64,000 nucleotides of DNA from Eledone cirrhosa (GCA_964016885.1 OZ024743.1:82584001-82648000); one strand, 5' to 3'; positions 41,416 to 57,983 are shown, numbered from the stretch's first letter. The notes: generated from the sequence alone by a model not told the origin. Numbers and translations are program-made.

Positions 41416-42059
41416 ATGTATATATGTATATATGTATATATATATCTATATATCTATATATATATGTATATATATGTATATATATATCTATATCTATATA
41501 TATATGTAGAATCTCTTCTATATTAAAACTATGTATACCAAGAATAAACAAGACAAACCTGGAGATGCAAAAAGCCGTGTGAGTGTGTGTGCGTGTGTGT
41601 GTGCGATATTATTTGCCTTTTACAGATTTTAATGATGGTTTTTCATGGCTGTGGAGTAGCAGTGGTTGTGAGGGGTGGTGGTGAGGGTAGACAGAAGCGG
41701 TCAGTGGCGGTCAGTAGTGAGGAAGTGACCTTTCCATGTACCTCATGTCTTTACTTTGACCTAATAGTAAGCTACGTTGTCAACACACACACACATACTA
41801 GCGAGACACCTACACATACACACTAGCGAGACACATACACGCGCACACATACTAACTACACACATATACACGCCGACACACGTACGCACACATACATGCG
41901 AGACACACACACAGATATATAGAGAAGTACCACCTGATGTTATTTGGGTCGAGAGGTCAAACGAAGGTCTCACATCTTTTAATTACAAATATTTTGGGGC
42001 AGAGAAACTTAATAAAGAAAATATTTGAGACGGTAAACACTGCTAAACACTGCTAAACA

Positions 42060-42099
<40 letters not shown>

Positions 42100-42265
42100 A
42101 TATGACGATTAGAAATACGAAATACGTTCATTACAAATATTACAATTCAATCTATTCTGGAGAAATGCGTATATGTGTGTGTGTATATATGTATATATAT
42201 ATATATAAAAATATTTATATATATAGATATATATATATCTATATATATAAATATATATACATCTA

Positions 42266-42320
<55 letters not shown>

Positions 42321-42424
42321 ATATTTATTCATATGTAACCCATGTGCAACCACGCAGCACTCAATTCTTCTCATATTTATATATATATATATATATCCAT
42401 ATATAAAAAATGTATGCGTATATA

Positions 42425-42463
<39 letters not shown>

Positions 42464-42712
42464 ACACAAACACACACACGCGTGTATGTATGTTTCTGTC
42501 TGTAATGTATGTGTGTATGAATATATATATATTTGAGATAAGAGTTAGATTGCTAAATATATTTTTCTGTGAAAAAGGAGGAAAATCGCGTAAGAAGAAA
42601 TTTCTTACATAATATCTAGATTATATATACACTGCCTCACAATATATATACCATATGTATATATATATATATACCATATGTATATGATGATATAGACATA
42701 AAGTAGTGTATA

Positions 42713-42902
42713 AATAATTGTTTCTACTTTTGGCACAAGGCCAGCAATTAACCAGTGTATTACTAGTACTTTATTTTATCGACCCCGTAAGGATGAAAGG
42801 CAAAGTTAACCTCGGCGGGATTTGAACTCAGACTGTAAAGGGACGTAACTATGCTAGAAAGCATGGCGTCCAACCCTCTACCGATACTGCCAATTCACCC
42901 CT
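42713..42902 (-). mobile_element. Full-length SINE
   Basis: Reverse complement matches 56153-56340. Confidence 0.9.
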
Positions 42903-42993
42903 TAATAATACAACCTTATATACACTTCATTATGAAGTAGCATGTTTCTCTCTCATATATATATAAACATCTCGTATACATAAACATATATAC

Positions 42994-43025
<32 letters not shown>

Positions 43026-43095
43026 ACATATATATATATACATATATATAAACATATATATATACATATATACATAGATATACATACATATAATC

Positions 43096-43137
<42 letters not shown>

Positions 43138-43438
43138 ACATATATATTTACACAAGTGTTGGTGCTGGCGATTTGTGTATGTTTTTTTGGTTTTTTTTTG
43201 AAAAGTGGATGATGGAGCGCGTCTACATGACCATAGTGCAGTGTTTGGGGTCGAGAGGGGGCAGAGGTAGGGTGGGAAGGGGTAGAGGGGGGTATTTTGC
43301 CGAGTGGGTTTTTTTAAAAAAGAGATTCTACATATAGAATCTCCGTAGAATCTCTTCTATATTAAATCTTTTATACTCTGCTAGGTATTGAGTACCTTAC
43401 TTACTGTGGTTACCTCCGATTCAACCCGGAATAACTTA

Positions 43439-43562
<124 letters not shown>

Positions 43563-43692
43563 TACCCTTGTTTCTAAACACACAATTTACTGTGTTTATT
43601 CCTTTATATATATATATAAAGGGAGAGAGATCTTATATGTATAAATCTATTAATAAAAAAATAAAACAAAAGCTTGAACTAGCAGGATATAT

Positions 43693-43734
<42 letters not shown>

Positions 43735-43769
43735 TGTGAGAAAAACGACAGACCCTCCATCTCAACTCA

Positions 43770-43807
43770 CCTTTTGAAAAGCAGAAGAACTGCGAAACCG
43801 GTAAAGG
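43770..43807 (+). ncRNA. Type I hammerhead ribozyme, U3-A8 core variant (module Z)
   Basis: CCUU-UUGAAAA-GCAG-aagaa-CUGC-GAAA-CCGG-UA^AAGG, followed by AATAAA. Confidence 0.75.
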
Positions 43808-43870
43808 AACCAAATAAATATATATATTTAAAAAAAAATAAATAAGACTTCAGTTGCATTTTCGATTTCA

Positions 43871-44012
<142 letters not shown>

Positions 44013-44264
44013 CCAAGATACCAAGTGAGAGAATATGCTCCGAAATCATCAGACGTGTCCGTCGAACCTGCGGGTCCAGAATCAGACAGATCCACACAAT
44101 GATCGTGTCTCGAGCTGTCCGCCGGGGAAACAATTGTAACACACAATAAATTGAGTTCAGATGCATCACTGATTTTTCGTTTTCTATTCTATATATATAT
44201 GCTCGGTAAGAGCATAGAGTGCTGAACCGGCATACCGTTTATGGAAGCATCTTAGCTACCATCA

Positions 44265-44303
<39 letters not shown>

Positions 44304-44380
44304 CTATCCAAGAATAACTTGAACTGTTAAGGTATATTCTCCTTGGTTATGTCAAAATTTATAAAATACACTTCGTATTT

Positions 44381-44431
44381 TATCTGATGATAGCGTATCA
44401 AAATGTTGGTACCGTTGAAATATATATAATA
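44381..44431 (+). ncRNA. Type I hammerhead ribozyme (family F)
   Basis: UAU-CUGAUGA-UAGCGUAUCAA..UUGGUACCGUU-GAAA-UAUAUA-UA^AUA. Confidence 0.7.
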
Positions 44432-44473
44432 TATATTAAATTTGCTATACAAACTTATTATATAATATATATT

Positions 44474-44656
44474 TAATTGTTTCTACTTTTGGGACAAGGC
44501 CAGCAATTACTCAGCGCATTACTGGTACTTTATTTTATCGACCCCGTAAGGATGAAAGGCAAAGTTAACCTCAGCGGGATTTGAACTCAGAATGGCAAGG
44601 GTCGTAACTCTATGTGTCAAAAGCATGGCATCCCACCCTCTACCGATACTGCCAAT
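44474..44656 (-). mobile_element. Full-length SINE
   Basis: Same family as 56153-56340. Confidence 0.9.
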
Positions 44657-44849
44657 ACTGGTGGCTTAGTTCGGATCTACCTGTCGAAATGGCTGGAGCT
44701 CAGCCGTCGGGGTCCTGAATCTTTTCATATATATATAGATATATATATATATTGACCGGGCTAGAAGCTGGTAGATGTTCGGCCGCCCTCATGTCTCTGA
44801 TTTTCAGCCCCATGGATTTTGTCTAATATATTCCTTTGTTATATTTCGA

Positions 44850-44907
44850 ATACCTGATGATGTCACCGAGTTCATACTGATCCCTGTCATTGAAATGATC
44901 ATAGTAT
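44850..44907 (+). ncRNA. Type I hammerhead motif with decayed stem II (family H)
   Basis: AUAC-CUGAUGA-...-GAAA-UGAUCA-UA^GUAU then AATAAA; palindromic stem III. Confidence 0.6.
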
Positions 44908-45308
44908 AATAAACCTTTTAAGGAATTACACCAGTCCAGCCTCCTGTTATCTTATAATATATATATATATATATAAATTATGAAACAAAGAAGTAGAAGA
45001 CCATGAACTGAAACAAAACAAAATCAATGTTTTTTAGAATAAATATGCAACCTGGGCAGTTTTGACCCCTACCAGCGGTAGTGCTGGTACATTTGGTGTG
45101 GCAACGTCTGACATAAGCCAAACTCTGTCCTAGGGAGTAAGAGACGAAAGACAAAACATTAATATCATGTTTAATATAGAAATGTCTTCTGCAAGACTAG
45201 AACTGTTTCATTTAAAAGAAGTCATTAGTTCTAGTCATGTAGAAGTATTTCTATATTAAACATGATGTTTATAGTAATGTATTGACTACGCACTTCTTTC
45301 ACCGTCAG

Positions 45309-45349
<41 letters not shown>

Positions 45350-45440
45350 TGCACACACACACACACACGCACACGCACACACATACACATACACATACAC
45401 ACACATACACATAGTTCAAGACAAACACATGAATAAGTCC

Positions 45441-45512
45441 CCCGAAATGTCGGAAACGAACCTGGACCGACAAAGTGAAATCCAGGAATCCTAACCACTT
45501 GACCACATTGGA
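45441..45512 (-). pseudogene. tRNA-Glu(TTC)-like pseudogene or SINE head
   Basis: TCCAATGTGGTCAAGTGGTTAGGATTCCTGGATTTCAC...GGTTCGTTTCC resembles metazoan tRNA-Glu; anticodon and acceptor stems broken. Confidence 0.6.
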
Positions 45513-45769
45513 ACATATTTGTGTTGGGATCCCCTACCTATATTATATTTAGGGTCCATACATTACATAGGGCGCCTTTGTTTCATTGACCTTCTCGCAC
45601 TATATATTTATATATATATATATATATATATATAAAATCACATCAAGAATTTTACAACAGCAATACATAAACGAGTGTCCTTGTCTCCAAATCATGATTT
45701 CGAATACTCCGTTAGGGACTGCTATTTAGTTAGATATTGCCTGGGTCAACACTGGCCGAAACCTATCAG

Positions 45770-45811
<42 letters not shown>

Positions 45812-46226
45812 CGAAGGAAATGTGGTCAGGAACCAGGTGGACCATAACGCACCAAAGTACTCAATACTTAGGGTAGTAGAGTGGGTAATAGGAGCGAGTA
45901 GGACCCCGACGGCTGAGCTCAAGCCGTTTCGACGGCTAATTCTGGACTGAATTAGCCGTCGAAACGGCTTGAGCTCAGCCGTCGGGGTCCTACTCGTTCC
46001 TATATATATTTATAAATTCAGCGATGTTTGTATTTCGGCGGGTAGAAAAAGCGAAACGTAACGCAAATTCCGAGTCATGCTGGCAAGCGCTCCATGGGCT
46101 AAAGAGACCAGAGCAATAAAGATAGGTTATAAAGGCCATACAAACTGAGAAGCGGTCAAGAAGCCATTAACCACCTAAGCCAAAAAACAAGTCAAGCTAA
46201 ACAGGTCAGACAAAATAAATGACATA

Positions 46227-46264
<38 letters not shown>

Positions 46265-46459
46265 AAAGTTCTATTTAAAAGTGTTGGGATACAACAAGTA
46301 AATATTTTATAACTGATATAAAGCACTCGACAAGTTTTTGGAGTCGATATACGATATTAAATAAATGGGAACTATATTTATAAAACCATATTTAGTTCCT
46401 GAATATGTATAATGAAATAAATATGGTTTTATAAATATAGTTTCCATTTATTTAATATC

Positions 46460-46564
<105 letters not shown>

Positions 46565-46824
46565 AAAGTATGACCCCCGACGGCAGAGCTCAAGCCATTT
46601 CGACGGCTATTTCAGTCCAGAAATAGCCATCGAAACGGCTTGAGCTCTGCCGTCGGGGTCATACTTTTTCCTATTTCCCACTCAAAATAAACAGAATTAA
46701 AAATGATATATAAAAAAATGTGTATGTACACACATACACCTTCCTCTCTCGGGTCACCTGTACCCACACTTCGCCACCCCACTAACACAACTAACCCCAT
46801 CATATAAATATTTATATATATATG

Positions 46825-46954
<130 letters not shown>

Positions 46955-47134
46955 TGTATGTATATATATATATATATATATATATACATACATACACACA
47001 TACATATATATATATGTGTGTGTGTGTGTGTTTATATATATATGTGTATATATATATACATGTTTGTGTGTGTGTATATGTATATATATACATATATATA
47101 TATACATATCTATATATATATATACATATATATA

Positions 47135-47167
<33 letters not shown>

Positions 47168-47178
47168 CTGTGTGTGTG

Positions 47179-47227
<49 letters not shown>

Positions 47228-47409
47228 CTTTGAATAACTTTGAAATGTTATATATATATATATATACATATATATACATATATATATATATACATATATA
47301 TACATATACATATATATATGTGTGTGTGTATGTGTATATATCGTATAATAAAGATACTACGACCAAGATAACACGAACGCAATACAAAAAAAGTGATGTA
47401 AATCATCAT

Positions 47410-47750
47410 ATATTGTTGTTGATATTGATGGTGATGGTGTTGTTGTTGGTGCTGGTGTTGGTGTTGGTGGTGGTGATGATGATGTGATGGTGTTGGAGGT
47501 GGTGGTGGTGGTGGTGGTGGTGGTGGTGGTGTGGGGGATGATGAAGGTGGTGACGGTGTTGATGGTGGTGTTGATAGTGATGATCGTGATGATGATGGTG
47601 TTGATGGTGATGTGGTGATGATGATGCTGTTGATGGTGGCAATGGTGTTGATGGTGGTGTTGATGGTGTTGATGGTGGTGTTGATGGTGTTGATGGTGAT
47701 GATGATGGTAATGGTGTCGATAATAGTGATGATGGCAATGATGATAATTA
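47410..47750. repeat. (GAT)n/(GGT)n simple repeat
   Basis: Direct reading. Confidence 0.9.
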
Positions 47751-47854
47751 TCATATTTCATATATATGAAAGTTATACAGAATTATTAGGGCGATGTGTG
47801 TGTATAGACACAAACAGAAACACACACACACACACACACACACACACGCGCACA

Positions 47855-47941
<87 letters not shown>

Positions 47942-47970
47942 ATGCGTGTGTATAGGCATGAAATAATATG

Positions 47971-48102
<132 letters not shown>

Positions 48103-48114
48103 TCATCTTTAACC

Positions 48115-48149
<35 letters not shown>

Positions 48150-48291
48150 CATAAGTATATATGTATATATACAATTATTATATATATGGATATATATCTT
48201 ATAATATATATATAATTATGTATGTAGATATGCATATATAGATATATACATCCATACATTCATACACACGCATATACACACACACACATAC

Positions 48292-48335
<44 letters not shown>

Positions 48336-48534
48336 TATATATCGCTGTCCTCCATGTTTGATTTAGTTGTTTTTATTGACCTGTCGTCTGCTAAACGATT
48401 CCATCATTTCTTTAATAATTTGTTGTTGTTATTATTGTTGTTGTTGTTATTGCAGCTGGTGTTGCTGCTGAAGCTGCAGTCTAGTGTTGAGCAGCAGTAG
48501 CAGCAGCTACATAGTCGGTCAAATTAGACCAATA

Positions 48535-51210
48535 GAGAGAGAGAGAGTGTTGTATATAGAGATAGAGAGAGAGAGTGTTGTATATAGAGATATATAGAGA
48601 GAGAGTGTTGTATATAGAGATAGAGAGAGAGAGTGTTGTATATAGAGATAGAGAGAGAGAGTGTTGTATATAGAGATAGAGAGAGAGAGTGTTGTATATA
48701 GAGATAGAGAGAGAGAGAGTGTGTTGTATATAGAGATAGAGAGAGAGAGAGTGTTGTATATAGAGATAGAGAGAGAGAGTGTTGTATATAGAGATAGAGA
48801 GAGAGAGTGTTGTATATAGAGATAGAGAGAGAGAGAGTGTGTTGTATATAGAGATAGAGAGAGAGAGAGTGTTGTATATATATAGGTGTTTATATATATA
48901 TATATAGAGAGTATTGTATATAGAGATAGAGAGAGAGAGTCTTGTTATAGAGATAGAGAGAGAGAGTGTTGTATATAGAGATAGAGAGAGAGTGTTGTAT
49001 ATAGAGATAGAGAGAGAGTGTTGTATATACAGATAGAGAGAGAGTATTGTATATAGAGATAGAGAGAGAGAGTGTGTTGTATATAGAGATATATAGAGAG
49101 AGAGTGTTGTATATAGAGATAGAGAGAGAGAGTGTTGTATATACAGATAGAGAGAGAGTATTGTATATAGAGATAGAGAGAGAGAGTGTGTTGTATATAG
49201 AGATAGAGAGAGAGTATTGTATATTGAGATAGAGAGAGAGTGTTGTATATAGAGATAGAGAGAGAGAGTGTTGTATATAGAGATATATATAGAGAGAGTG
49301 TTGTATATAGAGATAGAGAGAGAGTGTGTTGTATATATAGATAGAGAGAGTATTGTATATAGAGATAGAGAGAGAGTGTGTTGTATATATAGATAGAGAG
49401 AGAGTGTGTTGTATATAGAGATATATAGAGAGAGTGTTGTATATAGTGATAGAGTGTTGTATATAGAGATATATAGAGATATATAGAGAGAGAGGGTTGT
49501 ATATAGAGATATATATATAGAGAGTGTTGTATATATATAGAGAGGTGTGTGTGTTGTATATAGTGATATATATATAGAGAGAGAGAGTGTTGTATATAGA
49601 GATAGAGATAGAGAGAGAGAGTGTTGTATATAGAGATAGAGAGAGAGAGAGTGTTGTATATAGTATAGTATTGTAACGGCGTCCCTTTAAGACGGCTGAG
49701 ATTTTAGCAGAGAGAATCTTATTGGCACACACGCAATCTCACAGATACAGTTATAGACACACACACACACAGATACAGACACACACACAGAGATATAGAC
49801 ACACACTCACAGAGGTACAGACACACACATACACACACACAGATACAGACACACACACAGAAATACAGACACACACTCACAGAGATACAGACACACACAC
49901 ACAGATATACAGACACACACACAGAGATATAGACACACACTCACAGAGATACAGACACACACACACGCACAGATGCAGACGCACACACAGAGATACAGAC
50001 ACACACACACACTCACAGAGATACAGACACACACGCATAGAGATACAGACACACACACACACAGATACAGACACGCACTCACAGAGATACAGACACACAC
50101 ACACACACAGATACAGACACACTCACAGAGATAAAGACACACACACACACACAGATACAGACACACACAGAGAGAGATATAGACACACACACAAAGATAC
50201 AGACACACACACACAGAGATATAGACACACACTCACAGAGATACAGACACACACTCACAGAGATACAGACACACACACACAGAGATACAGACACACACAC
50301 AGAGATACAGACACACACACACACACAGATATACAGACACACACTCACAGAGATACAGACACACACACAGATACAGACACACACACACAGAGATACAGAC
50401 ACACACACACAGAGATACAGACACACACTCACAGAGATAAAGACACACACACACAGATACAGACACACTCACAGAGATACAGACACACACACACAGAGAT
50501 ACAGACACACACATACACAGATATACAGACAGACACTCACAGATATACAGACACACGCACACAGAGATACAGACACACACACACACACAGATACAGACAC
50601 ACACACAAAGAGATACAGACACACACTCACAGAGATACAGACACACACTCACAGAGATACAGACACACACACACACACATACACACACACACACACACAC
50701 ACATACACACACACACACACAGATAGATACATATAGGGAAACATTCAGAGATACATATAGATACACAGATAATATAACACATACATACACATATAGACAC
50801 ACAGATAATATGACATACATATACACATATAGACACACACTTCCACCCAGACATATACAGAGACATACACATGCAAACAGACACACACAAGCGCAAACAG
50901 ACACACACACACACAGACACACGCAGACACAGATACACACACGTAGACAGACACTGATACACAGACAAACACACACACACACATACAGACACACACAGAT
51001 ACACACACATAGACACACACACAGATACACTGATTCACACATGCAGACACACACACATAGACACACACAGACACACAAAGACACACATAGACACACACAG
51101 ACACACACATAAACACGCATACACACACACACACATAGACACACACAGACACACACATAAACACGCATACACACACACACATAGACACACACAGACACAC
51201 ACACATACTC
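48535..51210. repeat. Compound minisatellites: ~28-bp (gtgttgtatatagagata(ga)n), then ~24-bp (acagagatacag(ac)n)
   Basis: Direct reading. Confidence 0.9.
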
Positions 51211-51292
51211 AAAAATAATTACATATCTTCTCCCGTATACGTGAAGATTGTTCCAAATTGTATTTCTTCGTATGTGTGTGTATGTATGTATG

Positions 51293-51323
<31 letters not shown>

Positions 51324-51325
51324 AT

Positions 51326-51457
<132 letters not shown>

Positions 51458-51511
51458 GTTTGTGTGTGTGTGTATATATATATATATACACACATACATA
51501 CATACATATAC

Positions 51512-51551
<40 letters not shown>

Positions 51552-51552
51552 G

Positions 51553-51620
<68 letters not shown>

Positions 51621-51683
51621 TACGCATACAAAAATATATATATATAAATGAAAAGTATAGAAATCATTATATATTTATATTTA

Positions 51684-51745
<62 letters not shown>

Positions 51746-51749
51746 ATAT

Positions 51750-52181
51750 AAATATAAGTATGTATACGTATATACATATATTTGTACAGACGCACAGTAA
51801 TATGTATATATATATATATACATACATGCACACACATATATATATATATGTACGTATGGGTTTACCGAACATTTATTATAATGTTCGGTTTGTTACATTA
51901 TAATCGTTTCTACTTTATGCACAAGGCCAGCAATAACACCAGTTCGTTACTGGTACTTTATTTTATCGACCCCGTAAGGATGAAAGGCAAAGTTCGGTTT
52001 GTTACATTATAATAAATGTTCGGTAAACCCATGCGTACATATATATATATGTGTATGTATGTATATATATACATACTACTGTACGTCTGTACACATATAT
52101 GTATGTACGTATACATACTTATATTTAGGTATCAGCCGTACTAAGAGTGAGAAATGAAATTTCGTTTCATTCTTTACCATT

Positions 52182-52185
<4 letters not shown>
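51750..52185. mobile_element. Inverted pair of family W 3' ends with a SINE fragment (51900-51993) at the junction
   Basis: Arms match 57150-57345; atgggtttaccgaacatttattataatg and its reverse complement. Confidence 0.8.
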
Positions 52186-52230
<45 letters not shown>

Positions 52231-52354
52231 CCTGCTAGTTCAAGCTTTTGTTTTATTTTTTTATTAATAGATTTATACATATAAGATCTCTCTCTCTTTA
52301 TATATATATATAAAGGAATAAACACAGTAAACTGTGTGTTTAGAAACAAGGGTA

Positions 52355-52395
<41 letters not shown>

Positions 52396-52529
52396 TAAGT
52401 TATTCCGGGTTGAATCGGAGGTAACCACAGTAAGTAAGGTACTCAATACATAACAGAGTATAAAAGTTTTAATATAGACGAGATTCTACAGGATTAGAAC
52501 TGTTTCATTCTTTAGAAATCATCATTAAT

Positions 52530-52602
<73 letters not shown>

Positions 52603-52668
52603 AAAAAAGATGAAATCGAAAATGCAACTGGAGTCTTATTTAAAAAATATATATATATTTATTTGGTT

Positions 52669-52705
52669 CCTTTACCAGTTTCGCAGTTCTTCTGCTTTTC
52701 AAAAA
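52669..52705 (-). ncRNA. Second copy of the U3-A8 hammerhead (module Z)
   Basis: UUU-UUGAAAA-GCAG-aagaa-CUGC-GAAA-CUGG-UA^AAGG. Confidence 0.65.
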
Positions 52706-52726
52706 TAGAGTTGAGATGGAGGGTAT

Positions 52727-52783
<57 letters not shown>

Positions 52784-52944
52784 ACACACACACACACACG
52801 CACACACACACACACGCACACACACACACACACACACACATACACACACACACACACACACGCACACACACATATATATATATTCCAAGGCTCTGATACC
52901 ATCAACACCATAAACACAGAGCTGGCATATGTAAGTACTGTCTA

Positions 52945-53000
52945 ACTGCCTGATGAGGTCACAGTCATTCAATGGCTATTATCGAAATATATATAGCAGT
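52945..53000 (+). ncRNA. Type I hammerhead ribozyme (family B; 3' half duplicated at 55550-55630)
   Basis: ACUGC-CUGAUGA-GGUCACAGUCAU..AUGGCUAUUAUC-GAAA-UAUAUA-UA^GCAGU, then AATAAA. Confidence 0.8.
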
Positions 53001-53052
53001 AAATAAAGGATTATGAGTTCATGCAATTGACTTATGTTTCGTCGTCACTATA

Positions 53053-53135
<83 letters not shown>

Positions 53136-53413
53136 ATTATTAATTCAAAATATTAATAAATATAGACATTCATGTAATCAAATATATTTTATTATATATA
53201 TTTGGGAGGTACTGTGCTGTTTCCTCAGTACATCCCCATCACATGAAATATATAAATTGATGTATTTCATACCTCAACTGTACTGATGTTTCAATTCCAA
53301 TCTTGGCATGAGGACGTACTCAGGAAACAGCACAGTACCTCCGAAATGTATATAATAAAATATACTTGATTACATGAATGTCTATTTGATTACATGAATT
53401 AATATTATATATA

Positions 53414-53485
<72 letters not shown>

Positions 53486-53653
53486 ATGTGTGTGTGTGTG
53501 TGGATGCATGTATGCTTGTGTGATTGTTTGCGTGTGTATATATACACATATATAATTATTATATTGTAAACATAATCATATGACATAATTCTTTCTATTA
53601 ATTAAAGTGTTATCAGTGTTGTTGGTGATCTTCTTAATAATAACAATAGTAAT

Positions 53654-53725
<72 letters not shown>

Positions 53726-53784
53726 TTAACGTCCGTTTTCTTACGTTTGTCCGGCTAGCTAACATTGTATAGTGGGTGTATATG

Positions 53785-55105
53785 TTGTGTGTGTGTCTAT
53801 GTGTGTGTCTCTATGTGTGTGTCTCTCTATGTGTGTCTCTCTATGTGTGTCTCTCTATGTGTGTGTCTCTCTATGTGTGTGTCTCTCTATGTGTGTGTCT
53901 CTATGTGTGTGTCTCTCTATGTGTGTGTCTCTATGTGTGTGTCTCTATGTGTGTGTCTCTCTATGTGTGTGTCTCTATGTGTGTGTCTCTATGTGTGTCT
54001 CTCTATGTGTGTGTCTCTCTATGTGTGTGTCTCTATGTGTGTGTCTCTCTATGTGTGTGTCTCTATGTGTGTGTCTCTCTATGTGTGTGTCTCTATGTGT
54101 GTGTCTCTCTATGTGTGTGTCTCTATATGTGTGTCTCTCTATATGTGTCTCTCTATGTGTGTGTCTCTCTATGTGTGTGTCTCTATGTGTGTGTCTCTCT
54201 ATGTGTGTGTCTCTCTATGTGTGTCTCTCTATGTGTGTCTCTCTATATGTGTCTCTCTATATGTGTGTCTCTCTATATGTGTGTGTCTCTATGTGTGTGT
54301 CTCTCTATGTGTGTGTCTCTATGTGTGTGTCTCTCTATGTGTGTCTCTCTATGTGTGTGTCTCTATGTGTGTGTCTCTATGTGTGTCTCTCTATGTGTGT
54401 CTCTCTATGTGTGTCTCTCTATGTGTGTCTCTCTCTATGTGTGTCTCTCTCTATGTGTGTCTCTCTATGTGTGTGTGTCTCTATGTGTGTGTCTCTATGT
54501 GTGTGTGTCTCTATGTGTGTGTCTCTCTCTGTGTCTCTCTATGTGTGTCTCTCTATGTGTGTCTCTCTATATGTGTGTCTCTCTCTATGTGTGTCTCTCT
54601 ATGTGTGTCTCTCTATATGTGTGTGTCTCTATGTGTGTGTCTCTCTCTGTGTCTCTCTATGTGTGTCTCTCTATGTGTGTGTCTCTATGTGTGTCTCTCT
54701 ATGTGTGTGTCTCTCTATGTGTGTATCTCTCTATGTGTGTCTCTCTATGTGTGTCTCTCTATGTGTGTGTCTCTATGTGTGTGTCTCTATGTGTCTCTCT
54801 ATGTGTGTGTCTCTCTATGTGTGTGTCTCTCTATGTGTCTCTCTATGTGTGTGTCTCTCTATGTGTGTCTCTCTCTATGTGTGTGTCTCTCTATGTGTGT
54901 GTCTCTATGTGTATGTCTCTCTCTATGTGTGTCTCTCTCTATGTGTGTGTCTCTATGTGTGTGTCTCTATGTGTGTGTCTCTATGTGTGTGTCTCTCTAT
55001 GTGTGTGTCTCTATGTGTGTCTCTCTCTATGTGTGTGCCTCTATGTGTGTGTCTCTATGTGTGTGTCTCTCTATGTGTGTGTCTCTATGTGTGTATCTCT
55101 ATGTG
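53785..55105. repeat. (ctat(gt)n(ct)n) 14-16-bp compound repeat
   Basis: Direct reading. Confidence 0.95.
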
Positions 55106-55247
55106 TCTGTATATGTGTGTGTGCATATATGTATATATATGTCTGTATATGTCTGTGTGTATATGTATATATATGTCTGTATGTGTGTGAATATATATAA
55201 ATATATTTAGACATATATATATATGTCTAAATATATATATATATATA

Positions 55248-55297
<50 letters not shown>

Positions 55298-55314
55298 TAT
55301 ATATATATATAGAC

Positions 55315-55357
<43 letters not shown>

Positions 55358-55367
55358 TATTTGTATT

Positions 55368-55423
<56 letters not shown>

Positions 55424-55446
55424 GACACATATGTATATATATATAG

Positions 55447-55480
<34 letters not shown>

Positions 55481-55625
55481 TTAGACATATATATATATAT
55501 ATATATATATAGTCACACACATATGTATATAGACATATATATATATATACATTCAATGGCTATCATCGAAATATATATAGCAGTAAATAAAGGATTATGA
55601 GTTCATGCAATTGACTTATGTTTCG

Positions 55626-55675
<50 letters not shown>

Positions 55676-55821
55676 TATGTATATAGACATACCTTATCGG
55701 TTGAAATTCACTGACTATCCAGTGAATTTCCAACCGATAAGGTATGATTTCCATCGGTATGTCTCTATTTATAAAACAAACTTTGTATTTTATCTGATGA
55801 ATGTGTACAATGCTGTCTTCG

Positions 55822-56093
<272 letters not shown>

Positions 56094-56152
56094 GATATTA
56101 ATAAATGGAAACTATATTTATAAAACCATTTCATTATATTTATTTCATTATA

Positions 56153-56340
56153 ATGGGGTGGATTGGCAGTATCGGTAGAGGGTCGGACGCCATGCTTTCC
56201 AGCATAGTTACGTCCCTTTACGATCTGAGTTCAAATCCCGCCGAGGTTGACTTTGCCTTTCATCCTTACGGGGTCGATAAAATAAAGTACCAGTAATGAA
56301 CTGGGTATTTGCTGGCCTTGTGCCTAAAGTAGAAACAATT
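56153..56340 (+). mobile_element. Full-length tRNA-derived SINE with a 17-19-bp target-site duplication
   Basis: A-box tggcagtatcgg, B-box gagttcaaatcc, Meta-domain-like gcctttcatccttacggggtcgataaaataaagtaccag; TSD atatttatttcattata at 56136-56152 and 56341-56357. Confidence 0.92.
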
Positions 56341-56345
56341 ATATT

Positions 56346-56410
56346 TATTTCATTATATATATTTCAGGGATACCAAATTAAAATATGGTATGCCTTCATC
56401 AGACAAAATA
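56346..56410 (-). ncRNA. Type I hammerhead ribozyme (family F)
   Basis: UAUUUUGU-CUGAUGA-AGGCAUACCA...UGGUAUCCCU-GAAA-UAUAUA-UA^AUGAAAUA. Confidence 0.82.
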
Positions 56411-56584
56411 CAATATATATTTAATTTGGTATCCCTGAAATATGTATAATGAAATAAATATGGTTTTATAAATATAGTTTCCATTTATTTAATATCGTAT
56501 ATCTACTCCAAAAATTTGTCGAGTGCTTTATATCAGTTATAAAATATTTACTTGTTGTATCCCAACAATTTTAAATAGAACTTT

Positions 56585-56680
<96 letters not shown>

Positions 56681-57039
56681 CATATATATATGTGTGTGTA
56701 TTCATATATGTATATGTGTGTATTCCTTTCCCTGTTGCTATAATTCTTCCTTCCATTATCTTAACTCCCTACTTCCTTGTCACAGATGAAATACACACAC
56801 AGAACATACACCACATCCATATATGGACATATGTAAATCTACTCTATACACATATATATACACACGCACAGAACATACATTCTACATATCACGGCCAAGG
56901 CCACGTAAATGTGTCTTATAGACATAAACATACGTATTCATACTTATACTTCCATATATATATATATATATATATACACACACTCACTCACATATATATA
57001 TATATAATCTCCACAATTTCTCTTCCTGTATTTTGTTTT

Positions 57040-57115
<76 letters not shown>

Positions 57116-57209
57116 ACCATAAATATAAATATATATATATATATATATATAAATGGAAAAGAATGAAACGAAATTTCATTTCTCACTCTTACTACGGCTG
57201 CTACCTAAA

Positions 57210-57983
<774 letters not shown>

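Noticed and set aside
45735-45770. GG(T/C)CA-loop-TGGCC-GAAA hairpin (homolog 41165-41200 -) as an HHR
   Set aside because: The CUGANGA box is missing in both copies; at best a remnant.
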